From the NCBI GenBank assembly GCA_043228905.1, contig JBHGNT010000004.1:13888001-13952000 (forward strand): a stretch of 64,000 bases of DNA, read 5' to 3'. Below the pieces are notes generated by a model. The model made no database searches and was not told the DNA's origin. It saw only the letters and a program-made list of their open reading frames with translations. The DNA comes from Azolla caroliniana (taxonomy: Eukaryota; Plantae; Polypodiophyta). Shown here one piece after another: positions 1 through 11,700 of the stretch. Numbering within the stretch: position 1 is the stretch's first letter; each line of letters begins with the position of its first letter. A program made the position numbers and the translations under genes.

Positions 1-322
1 AGAGAGAGAGAGAGAGAGAGAAAGAGAGAGGAGAATACAAAGGTGGTGGGTGGGAGGGAGTGGTGTTTGTTAGAAAGAAAAGGGAGGGAGGGAGATTCAC
101 ACATTATAACTCACACTCCACCCCCTTCTTCTTAATTCATTACTACTACAAGTCTACGCGTCTCTCTCTCTCACACACACACACACTCTCTCTCTCTCTC
201 TCTCTCTCTTTTATTATAATTTATATACATACATAATACCTTTAGTGGAGTAGAGAGAGTGCGTTGGGTGGGGGGAGGAGGGTGTTGCATAATACATATC
301 CCATGGACCCATTCCCATCCAC

Positions 323-353
<31 letters not shown>

Positions 354-395
354 CTGCCTTTTTTTGGCTTGGCCATGGCCATGGCCATGGCCAAT
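1..395. repeat. Microsatellite/low-complexity cluster: (AG)n, (CT)n, (CA)n, (TA)n, (GGCCAT)n
   Basis: Read directly: AG run 1-30, CT/CA 161-210, TA 323-352, GGCCAT x3.5 at 371-393. The ORFs here are repeat artefacts. Confidence 0.9.
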
Positions 396-965
396 GCCCC
401 TCTTTCGGATTTCCTCCTCCTGTCTCCCTCCTCTTTGGTGAAACCACACAATTATAATAATTCTTAATAAATGCATCCAGACCAGCCCTATGGTCCCACA
501 ACTTCACTTATTATTGCTACCCGTCCTATCACCGCTATGTTATTTACCTACGTACACTTGTTGGTAAAGTAGCGTGTGTACATGACAACAAAATCCTCCA
601 CCGAGGAAAAAAAAAGAACTTCGACTTGTATCAATAAAAAAATCTTCACATCAGTACACCCTTCAATAACTTTTGCAAATGTGTTGCTTTAACTCCATCC
701 ATGATTTATTTACCATCAAATACAGAAGCCAATTATAACTATTTCCCCAATATCTCACAAAGATGAAAAAGATTGTTATCTCTTATCTGAAGTCGAGCAT
801 TGTGAATTGTACAAACACCTATTCTCACGCCATCAAATAACCATGTGACTAAACTTGCCAATTGTGGCACTTTCATGATGATGTGGGGAGTGCACATGAG
901 GAAACAAGTTAACTTAGATATTTGTGTACGATTGAAGGATAGGTCAAGGGTATAAATAAGATGAA

Positions 966-1032
966 GTTAGATTTAGCACAATTGGTAAGAGTTTGCATTA
1001 TGAGTAGGAGGTCAAGGGTTTGAGTCCTTGGC
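966..1032 (+). other. Degenerate tRNA-like Pol III module (SINE head or LTR-borne tDNA remnant)
   Basis: A-box TAGCACAATTGG 974-985 and B-box GGTTTGAGTCC 1017-1027, 43 nt apart start to start, with partial T-stem pairing. Confidence 0.55.
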
Positions 1033-1094
1033 CTTCAAATTTGGAGGACCCCTCTTTTCTTCGCCTTTGACATAATAGGAGCCACCTTGAGAGT

Positions 1095-1478
1095 TGTTGA
1101 GATACAACCTCAACATTGGCTAGATCGGTTGTGCAAGCCAAGAACCGGATCGGTTAGGCTGGATCGGTGTGCAAACCAGTGCGAAAACCGGGAGGCCGTT
1201 AAACAGATATTCCGCGAGGGAATATATTTGGGAGTTAGTGATGAGCATTGAAGTACGTGTCAATACTTCTATCAGTCTGTATGGACTTGTATAAAAGTGC
1301 TCTCTGAGCACATCCTATGTACAGAGTTTTACACATTATTTTGAATTCAGTTTTTTCTGTGTGTTAATTCCCTCTCTGTCTCTCCCTCATACATTGTGTC
1401 TTAAGCTCTCCATTAAACCTGTTTTTTCTCCTGTTGGTATTATGTGTGTCATATAGCTTCCGCACGTCACGTTTTACA
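1095..1478 (+). repeat. C1 5' LTR
   Basis: Runs TGTTGAG...TTTTACA and is followed by the PBS. Homologous to 6335-6740. Confidence 0.93.
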
Positions 1479-1578
1479 TGATATCAGAGCGCGAGGGTTG
1501 AGAACCTTTGCAGTCGACTTTAGCTCGAAACACACACACAAAAAAAACCTAATCTCGGTGAAGAACAGAAAGGAAAAA

Positions 1579-4500
1579 ATGGATAGAGGTATGGCTAGTT
1601 CGCTTCCAACTGAGAAGCTCGACATAAGTAACTACGCATATTGGTCGTACAAGATGCACCAGTACTTGCTTGGACATGGATATTGGAGCTTTGTCGATGG
1701 AGCGAATGATGCAGCACCCGAATCGACACATTGAGACTTCTCGGCCTAGGAACAATCGGCGAGCAGAGTTCTCTACTGCTTCGCGTCCTGTGTGAGTGAA
1801 CAACTCTTGAGCTACATTCGGGATGCAGGAACACCAAAGGATGCTTGGGAAATCTGAAAAAGATTTTTGCCGCAAGCATCACAACTAGGAAGCTTCAACT
1901 CCGATAGGAGTTGAGCAATGTGCGTCAACGCGACATGACAGTGGCTGACTACACCTCCAAGATAAAGGACATCTGCGACTCCCTAGCCTCCATCGATGTG
2001 AACGTTGAGGAGGGCGAAATGGTGCAGATTTGCCTCAGAGGATTGGCGTCGAAGTTTGGAGCATTCCGAACTGTTATTTGTACAAGGGAGAATACGTTGT
2101 CGGTTTTCGACTTGCAGTCGATGCTCCTTGTGGAGGAGAATCATGTAGGTGCGTCGACGAGTACGCACGCCGACAGAAAGATGTTGTACACAGAGGGAGA
2201 TAGGCCTCGTGGTCATGGTGGACCAGGCGAATTTGCGCACAATGGAGGCGGTTGACAGGAGCAAGGAAGAAGGCATCGTGGTGATGTCGACAACAATTCC
2301 GGACCCTTCGGAAGTAGGGGGAGTCAAGGAGGCGACGAGAACCGGCAAGGGGAACACGCCGCAGAATGCTGGTATTGAAGGCCACAAGGAGAGCGAGTGT
2401 TGGAAGAAGCACGCCGATTCGGAGGAAACTGGATCTGGATCCGGATGGACGGAACAACGAAATCGGCAGCGGACACACTACGCTGAAGGATCCGAAAAAG
2501 TCGGAGAGGGGGCAACATTCATGACAAGACACGAAGCAAACTCGATGAAGAAGACCACCCTGAAATTGGACGAAGTGTGGTACATTGACTCTGGAGCGTC
2601 AAACCATATGACGAACCATAAAGAGTGGTTCTCATATATGGAAAAACCGGAACAACCGAGAGTAGTCGCAACACGAGACGACACTCTGCATCCAATCGTA
2701 CATGTCGGTGAAGTTCCCCTCAACCATGTCGGGCAAAAAGGGAAGCTAATGAACGTGTTACACATCCTGTCAATTACGAAGAATCTGGTGTCGGTTGGAC
2801 AGATCGTCGACCAGGGGATGCAAGTCCGGTTCACGCATCTCGGGTGCTTCATCGAGGAAGAAGGCCAAGTTATTGCGCAAGGGCGCAGAGATGGGAGGAT
2901 GTTCATCCTCGACACCAATGACGTAGGCACCGCCATGTTCGCGAAAGGGCAAAATGTCGAGTCAGATATCGACTTATGGCATAAGCGGATAGGCCACGTC
3001 AACTACCAAAGGCTTTAGGACCTGCAATCGAAACAAGTTGTGTTTGGGGTGCCGAAATTCAGTGGTCGAAAGGCCCAAATTTGTGAAGCCTGCCAGCTAG
3101 GGAAGCAACACCGACTTCCTTTCCCCAACGAGCGTAATCAGAGCCGAAATAAGCTTGACTTGATACATTCAGATCTATGGGGACTGACATAGAACGTGAG
3201 TCTTGGCGGGAGTCGATATTTCGTCTCCTTCATCGATGACTACACCCGACACACATGGATCTACCCCATCGAAAAGAAGAGTGATGTCTTTGACTGTTTC
3301 CGGAACCTCAAAAATCTTGTCGAAAGGGAAACAGGGAGGAAGATCAAGTGCTTGCGGTCGGATGGCGAAAAAGAGTACTTTTCCGGCCAATTCAACAGTT
3401 ATCTTCAACAAATGGGAATTCGGTGCGAATTCAGTTGCAAGTATATGCTGGAGCGAAATGGCGTAGCCGAAAGGAAGAATCGGTCGGTTGTGGAAGCGGC
3501 GCGGGCAATGCTGGAAGAAAAGAGCATGGCCAAGTTCTATTGGGCCGAAGCGGTCCGAACCTCGGTCTACATCCAGAATTGGATCGGAGAAAAAGTGTCG
3601 GCACATAAGCTATATTTTGGAAGGAAGCTGAATCTACGACACTTGAGGGTTTTCGGTAGCATTGCGTATGTGCATGTGCCGAAGGAGAAGCAGAGGAAGT
3701 TGGACGCGAAAGCCAAGAAGTGTATCTTGGTCGGCTACTCAGATGAACAGAAGAGTTATAAGTGTTATAACCCCCAAACCAAACAAGCTCGTGTAAGTCA
3801 CGATGTCGTGTTCGATGAGTCCGCGTCTTGGTATTTGCCTCCGACTTCGAACCTCAACTCCAATTTGAGTTCTGAAGATGAGGTCAGCGAGGTTGAGATG
3901 CCTCCTGATGAATGCGAAGTCAGAACTCTTGAAGAGAGTCCGATCTCATTTCAGCTAAGTGGACTGAATTAGCAATTGAGTTGGTTTGACCAGTCAGACG
4001 AAGAGACAGCTTACGCACAAAGAAAAGGGAAAGAAGAAGATGTTGGAGTATGGCACGGATAGCGACGAGTCGGATCGACGCGAATCCGACTCTGAGAAGA
4101 GTGATGACGGGCCTTCAAGAGCGAAGCCCGCATCGGCCTGAACGGCCTGAACATCGGCTAATGAGCAATTACATCGATCTACCCGCCAGAAGAACCCTGT
4201 TGTGCGGTTCAGATACAACGAGTACATGGCGCATCACTATGCATACATGACACCTGTAGCGGAAGTGCGTGAGCCGAAGAGCTACGTAGAAGCGGCAAAG
4301 GACGCAAATTGGCGTGCCACCATGATGGAAGAGATGAACGCACTTGCGAAAAATGAAACCTAGGACCTGGTTGACGCCCCCAAGGGTGTAAAGCCGATTG
4401 GATGTAGGTGGGTGTACAAGGTCAAGTACAACACCGATGACTTGGTCAACCGATACAAGGCCCAGTTAGTAGCAGAAAGCTATGCGCAACAACATGACAT

Positions 4501-6340
4501 CGATTACGATGAGACATTTGCGTCGGTCATGAAGATGACGACCGTTCGTGTTTTGCTTGCGGTAGCTGCGGCAAAGGGGTGGCACTTACATCAGATGGAT
4601 CTATAAAGAATGTGTTCCTGTAAGGCGAGCTTGAGGAACAAGTGTACATGGTACAACCCCCGGATCTCACTCCGGAACAAACACTTCGGCGGTATGCCAG
4701 TTCAAGAAGTCCCTTTATGGACTAAAGCAAGCCCTGCGTGCTTGGAACGAGAAGATCACGCAGCAATTGCGTCGGATGGGATTTGCGACGTCCAAATCAG
4801 ACTCTTCATTGTTTGTTCGGCAAGGTCGACTTGGGCCAATTAGTATTTTACTTTATGTTGATGACTTGGTCTTCGCTGACATCAACCTAGGTGATATTGA
4901 CCGCGTAAAGCTCTAGCTTGCGGCATCATTTTATATGAAGGACTTGGGGGACCTTCATTACTTTCTTGGGATCGAAGTGATCCGAACTCTTGAAGGCATA
5001 CTGATCAGCCAACAACATTACGTGTTGAGTATGCTCTTCAAGTTCGGGATGGCAGACTGTAAGTCCGTCTCAACTCCTCTCGACAGAACCGTGAAGCTTC
5101 ACCTCGACTTCGAAAAGGTTTGCGACCCGAAAAGGTCCCAACAAATTGTCGGAAGCCTCATATACTTGACTATCACCCGACCGGAGCTCAGTTACCCGGT
5201 CGGCTTGATTAGTCAGTTCATGGCACGGCCAACCAAGGAACATCTTCAGTGCACGCAACGTGTACTCAGGTCCGTCAGTGGCACTATGGACCAGGGGCCA
5301 CTATATCGGACCGGTACTACCGCGCAGCTAGTCGGCTATACAAATGTCGACTAGGCCGGAAACGTTGGCGACCTCGATCCACATCTGGATTCGCGCTCAC
5401 CCTTGCGAGCGCCGCGATCGCATGGAGTAGCAAGAAGCAGCCGACAGTTGCACTGTTGAGCACAAAGGTTGAGTATCTAGGAGTGGCTGTCGCAACGTGT
5501 GAAGCCATATGGCTGAAGCGGCTACTTAAGGATCTGCAGGTGGAGGTGTCCGGTCCAACGACAATCTACTGCGACAACCTCAACAGCATCCAACTTACAA
5601 AGAACCCCTTCTTCCATACTAGGACTAAGCACATTGAGGTGCACTACCATTTCGTCTGTGAGCGTGTCCTCTCTGGTGAACTTGAACTTCAGTATGTTTT
5701 GATGGATCGGCGGAATGCTGACATTTTCACCAAGCCCCTTGGTTTGGACAAGTTGCGACAATTCTCGGGTGCGCTTGGGTTGCAGCACCTCGACGTGCTG
5801 AAGTTGATGGGGAGAAAAGTCCCGCAAGACCAAGGAAAGGAGCAAGAAAGGAGTGGAAGTGACCGCGACATCAAATCGGATGACAAATTCGATTTAGTGT
5901 CGGTTGAAGAAGCCAAAGGCAAATCCACGGAAGAGTCCGGAAGTGGACGAGTGGGTAGCAACCGAAAGAAAGAGCCGGAGCTAGCCAAACATGGGGGAGA
6001 TGAAGCCAACAAGGGCGCGAAGGCCAAGATTGAGGATGAATTAGAGACAGCCAATTCAGACAGAAGCAGAGACGAATTGGAGGCAGCCAATTCGGCTTGG
6101 ATGTTTAATTCAGAGACACCGAATCAACTAAAGGCCAAGCGGAATAAAGGGCAACGGAAGAGGCGCCAACACCGTGATAGCAAGGGAGCAAGAAAAGGCC
6201 GCACGAGCAGACAAGCCGACCGTAAGGGTCGAGGTGCGCGGAATCAAACGGGTCGTGGAGCGCGAGCGAGGCGTGAAGTCAAGAGAAACCGGAGCGAAGG
6301 ACCGGAAGAGCCTCAAGTTGAGCTTGAGAGGGAGTGTTGA
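1579..6340 (+). pseudogene. C1 gag-pol (frameshifts and stops) with ~180 aa C-terminal extension after RNase H
   Basis: Motifs WYIDSGASNHM (PR), LWHKRIGH (GAG-pre-INT), FIDDYT/LRSDG (INT), YVDD (RT) and ADIFTK (RH). The last frame ends ELEREC* with its stop inside the 3' LTR. Confidence 0.93.
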
Positions 6341-6740
6341 GATACAAGCTCAACATTGGCCGGATCGGCTGTGCAAGCCGAGAACTGGATCGGTGCATAA
6401 ACCGGTGCGCAACAAGAGGCCGGATTGGTGTGGAAACTGGGAGGCTGTTGAACAGATATTCCACGACGGAATATATTTGGGAGTTAGTGTAGGAGCTCAG
6501 TTATGAGCATTGAAGTACGTGTCAATACTTCTGTTAGTCTGTATGGACTTGTATAAAAGTGCTCTCTGAGCACATCCTATGTACAGAGTTTTACACATTA
6601 TTTTGAATTCAGTTTTTTTTGTGTGTTAATTCCCTCTCTGTCTCTCCCGCGTACATCGTGCCTTAAGCTCTCTAGAAAACCTGGTTTTTTTCCTATTGGT
6701 ATTATGTGCGTCATATAGCTTCCGCACGTCACGTTTTACA
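6335..6740 (+). repeat. C1 3' LTR
   Basis: Follows the PPT and is followed by TSD AGAGT. Confidence 0.93.
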
Positions 6741-6745
6741 AGAGT

Positions 6746-7300
6746 CTTGAAAGGACGAGCATCCTTCGCCTTCAAATTTGGAGGGCCACTCTTTTCTTTG
6801 CATTTGACATAAGAGGAGCCACCTTGAGAGTGCCAACTGGTGAGACGATCCGCTGCTTCATTAGCAGCTACAAGAGTCGTTAATTTTTGGCACCGAAGCT
6901 CATTTTGAGTACACTCCTTCAATCGGTTTGTAAATGCAACGAAACGATCTTGTTCTCCCATGGAGAGAATCTACAACATAAGAGCGAGAAATGATTTATT
7001 GTAATCCTTAACAAGACCCATGTAACGAAGTAGGTTGAGTTGTTGTCGAGCTTTCCAATCGGAGTTAGAAGGAAGAAATTGCTTCTTGAGAACTAACTCC
7101 CTTCATTTCTTCCCATGTGTTCACGGGCATGGGTTCCTTTTGTTGAACAATATCATTGACAAAGTTGCCCCACCATAGCTTAGTATCTCTGTCCAAGAAG
7201 GTGGAGCATCGGAAGACAAGGTCCACTTCATTAAGGATATGAGCACATTGGAAAATTTTCTCACATGCCCATACGAAAGTTTCCAAAACTTTGGCGTCTC
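6746..7300 (-). pseudogene. Old Gypsy gag remnant (host of C1), probably continuing at ~8193-8400
   Basis: Minus-strand peptides RDAKVLETFVW...AKLWW-like (TKLWW)...WEEMK and DRFVAFTNRLK...AANEAADRL resemble Retrotrans_gag. Bases 6768-6831 duplicate 1031-1094. Confidence 0.65.
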
Positions 7301-8191
7301 TGTTGAGATGTCAAGCTTAACTATATTTAGTTAGTTAGTCAACACACGTAACTTAGTAGTTACCTAGATAGAATCTAGTTAGTGTGTTGACCTTAAAGTC
7401 TTAAATAGGATTTTGAACTTGAGTGGGATACATTGTAGATCCTCCATGCCCATGATCATTTAATATAGAACTTACACCTTTGTACCTATATTCTACTCAC
7501 ACATGTGCACCTTTGCATGGATACAATGCCACCATGAGATCATTCTTACGAAAGGCATTCGTAATGACGTAACCATGTGATGGGCCACGTGGGCCTACTA
7601 CGAAAAGAGGGCTCATTTGATGTATGCCATCACAATTATGAGACTTGAGTTTAGGTAACGTACCAACATAGTTTGTGGTAAATGAGAGGGAAATAAGGAC
7701 TCTTGACATATATGTTTCTTCGAAAAAAACATATATGGGCAAATGCCTCGCATATCTCTTATATGCATAAAACGTTAAACATTCAACATGAGCAACATAT
7801 TTGGTTTGCTCAAGTGTTTAATGCATTTGTTCTCGAGGTCTCGAGTTCAAATATGACCAAGACCAAACAACATTGTTGATACATATGACTATAATACATT
7901 TTTAGACTTTAGGTCTAAGTGCACTTTGGGGTCCTCGTAATAGGACTTAAAGAGCCGAAACCACATATGTGGGCACAAAAACATAGTTTATTGTTAACAA
8001 TTTTTTTGTGTATAAACTATTCATGACGCAAACATACATGGTTGAGCCTCGGGGAGTCGCCATGAAAAAATTGATATAGATTCCTAATGTCCTTGAGGTT
8101 TATACACATCATTTAAGTAATTGTTAATGTTCTTTCCCTCACTATGTATTGGGACACAATGATTTATTACGTGCAAACAGGTATATCAATG
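7301..8191. mobile_element. Putative old solo LTR or other insertion inside the gag remnant
   Basis: Starts TGTTGAGAT and ends ATATCAATG (a degenerate inverted end). Flanks are GTCTC and ATCTC, and gag-like sequence resumes on both sides. Confidence 0.4.
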
Positions 8192-8770
8192 GATCTCCCG
8201 TACAATTTTTATTTGATTCGGGAAGCTCAATATGGATGTTGGAACCAACTATTGGGTAGTCCCTTGGCACTACTCGTTGGGACATGGTTGGGACATACCA
8301 TGATGATGCCCAGTTTGGAACTAGGACTGGGTTCCTTGGTGAGTCCTATTCAGTTTTGGGATTGTGTCCCAATGTTGGAACTTGGTCTTCTTGAGCAGAT
8401 GATTACAACACAACACTATATGGTAATAGACTACAAGTTAATGAAAGAGGGCAAAGAACAAAGATGTAAAAGAGACAAATTACAACAAAGGAGAGAGTGA
8501 GAGAGGGAAACTGAGAGGCACAAACACAAACTATATTATTCAAGGTCTTGATAACAATATATTAACATTATCGAATTAAAAGAACAAAGAGTTAGAGTGA
8601 TCGTGATGCCAGTGACTATGAACAAGAGGAGATCCCGTGAATCATCCTCCGACATCTGTCTTGTTGCAGATCTCACGATCGATTTCACTCCTTCCTACGA
8701 TGTCTTCTTCAAGCGCGGCTCCATGCTGATTTAGAAAGAATTCTCAATATTCAACTACTAGGATGAAACG

Positions 8771-11700
8771 GAAGTGGAAGAGATGTGAGTTATGTGTGTA
8801 TGTGTGAGAGAAGAGAGGAGAGGAGAGAAACACAAGATAGATAAGAGACAATATGAAGTACTCAAGAAGAAGAAGGAGATGTATATTAACAAGTAGAATA
8901 TGAGATACAAAATAGTGTTACAAGGAGTCACAACCGACTTAGTATGAAGTATGAGGAGGGTGCTTTATATAGAGTCACCCTCTCTCTTCATTAACTTTAC
9001 AACAACCACTCTCTCTCTTAGGGAATGTGAAGGCTCATAGTCATGGGGAATATGTAACTCATTATTTATGTGTCATAGAATATGATTCTATGACACATAG
9101 TTAATGTGTAGAGAGTAGTGGTGTGACTCTTGACCTTTGAGTAATCATAGATTCTCAAAAGGTGTGTTCACACATTGTGCTATGTTGAGCTTGATTCTCA
9201 ACACACCCCCTCAAGCTCAACTCGGGTTGGTTCCTTTCTATTGATATCCGCTTCGGTTGGTATCCAGTTTGGACGATCTCCGGTGTCCGCTTCGGCTCAT
9301 ACCCGGTTCTGACAGTATCCGGTTCTCGCTTGTACTCGCCCTCAAGCTTGGCAAGTCAGGGATCATCAATCCAAGTTCTGACATGAATTGCCGAAGCTTG
9401 TCGGCTCCTAAGGCTTTGGTGAAGATGTCGGCCGTCTAAAGATTCGTGTTGACATGTTGAAGGTCGACATCTCCGGCCTGTACGCGCTCTCGAATGAATT
9501 GATAGTGCACTTCGATGTGCTTTGTGTGTGCGTGGAACATCGAGTTCCAAGCCAGATATATACTGCTCATATTGTCACAGTAAATGGGAGTCGGATCCTT
9601 GATGGGGACGCCCAGGTCCTTCAAAATCCTCTTGAGCCATACGGCTTCACATGCAGCTACGGCTGCGCCCCTATATTCGGCCTCCGTACTCGAAAGTGCA
9701 ACGATAGGCTGCTTCTTACTACTCCAAGATATTGCTCCGCTACCGAGTGAGAAGACAAATCTAGAGGTAGATTGTCGATCAACTTTGTAGCCTACCCATT
9801 CCGCGTGTGTGCACCCTTTGAGTCGTATTGGTGTGGCCGATGCGTAGAGAACGTTGTAATCCATTGTGCCGCTCACGTATCGTAATACTCGCTTAGCACA
9901 ATCGAAATGGATATCTCGCGGAGTTTGCATGAATTGGCTAAGGATTCTGACTGGATAGCTATGGTCAGGTCGAGTGATCGTGAGATAGATGAGGCTCCCA
10001 ATCAGTTGACGATATTGGGTCGGCTCGCACCCGTCTGTGCTGGAGTCAGCATCTAGTTTGAGGTTTCGATCGAGAGGCGTAGCGATCGATTTGCACTTAG
10101 TCATCCGGAACTTGTATAACAAGTTGAGAATGTAGTGTCGTTGAGAGATCATAATGCCAGCCGGAATCCGAATTACTTCAATGCCAAGGAAGTAATGGTG
10201 CTCCTTCATGTCCGTCATCTCGAATTTGTTGGAGAGGAGGGACTTCACCTTGTTGATGTCGACTAAATGCGCACCTCCAATAACCAGATCATCCACATAG
10301 AGGATGATGAAAATTAGGCTCCTAGAGTCATGGCATACGTAGAGGGAGTTGTTGGATTTCGACATTCGAAATCCGATTTGATGAAGATATTGCGTAATCT
10401 TCGAATGCCAAGCACACAGTGCTTGCTTGAGGCCATAGAGTGGCTTCTTGAGTTGGCATACGGCTTTTGGATGAATGCGCGATTCGAAGCCGGGTGATTG
10501 TACGATGTACACCTCCTCGTCTAATTCGCCTTGAAGAAAGGGGTTCTTGACGTCCATTTGGTGGAGGTGCCACCCTTTTGCCGCTGCAAGTGCGATCACG
10601 GTTTGCACCGTCATCATCTTTGCCACTGGGGAAAATGTTTCTTCGTAGTCGACGCCATGTGTTTGTGCATATCCTTTCGCTACGAGTCGAGCTTTGTAAC
10701 GGTTTACGGAGCCGTTGGCATTATACTTCACCATGTAGATCCATCTGCAGCCAATTGCCTTCTTGTGCGGTGAGTGGGGAACAAGATCCCATGTCTTGTT
10801 CTTGCGTAATGCATGCATCTCCTTGTTCATTGCTTCAATCCATCGCGGGTCCTTCGCGGCCTTGGAAAAGGTTTCTAGCTCTCGTACAGTTCCCACCTTC
10901 ATCATAAAAGCATAATGGTACGCCATACAATCGTTGTAGCCGAATCGGCTTACGGGGTTCTTTTCACAGGTGGATCGGCGGAGCTTCTTGTTTGTGGATA
11001 CTACGACGTTCTCTGCTCCATTTGTCCGGATCTCAAGGACTTCAAACTCACTATCAAGGGAGTGAGTCGATTCGTTGCCATCGAAATGAGCGTCGTCATA
11101 CTTTGACATTTTGGCCTTCCCTTTGTCCAACTTCGGACTTGGTCGAGATGTGCTTTGATCGCTCAAAGGCTCTTGTGGTCCACTCAGTCGGGTCATGATC
11201 GGACTTTCTTCGAACATGCACGTAAGGTGATCTTCATCCTCTATCTCTTGTTCGGTAGATTCCGGGTCGAGCGGAATCGGAGTCGAAGTTGTCTCTGGTG
11301 CATACTAGGATGTGGACTCGTAAAAAACGACGTCTCGACTTACTCGAGATTTTCGAGTTGTGGGGTTTTGGCTCCAGTGAGTATCCTACAAGGATACATT
11401 TCTCCGACTTCAGGTCAAGCTTTTGATGCTTCTCGTCGGGGATGTGCACGTACGCAATAGAGTCGAATATCCAAACATGTGATAGGTTCGGCTTCTTTCC
11501 GAAGAACTTCTCGTGCGGAGTAAGTTCGTGCACACCCGATGTCGTACACCGATTCAAGAGATAGACGGTCGTGTAAGCTGCTTCCGCCCAATACGATTTC
11601 GGCATGTGCTTTTCGTTAAGCATAACTTGTGCCACTTCGAGGATGTGCCGATTCTTGCGTTCGGGCACTGTCTTTTGTTGTGGCGTATGTCGACACGAAA

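Larger units (their letters stand above)
1095..6740 (+). mobile_element. Copia LTR retrotransposon C1 (Bryco/RLC5-like), full length, degenerate
   Basis: LTRs 1095-1478 and 6335-6740 (TG..CA). TSD AGAGT at 1090-1094 and 6741-6745. Met PBS TGATATCAGAGC 1479-1490, PPT 6326-6334. Domain order gag-PR-INT-RT-RH. Confidence 0.95.

Noticed and set aside
171-507. Short ORFs with WPWPWP/YIYIYI runs; possible host gene start
   Set aside because: These are translations of microsatellites. The region may be a promoter or UTR of a gene outside the window, but nothing here supports that.
7801-7865. Additional tRNA-like segment (TTGCTCAAGTG..GAGTTCAAAT)
   Set aside because: The boxes are degenerate and spacing is only ~38 nt. 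Too weak to count with the main set, though worth a covariance-model scan.
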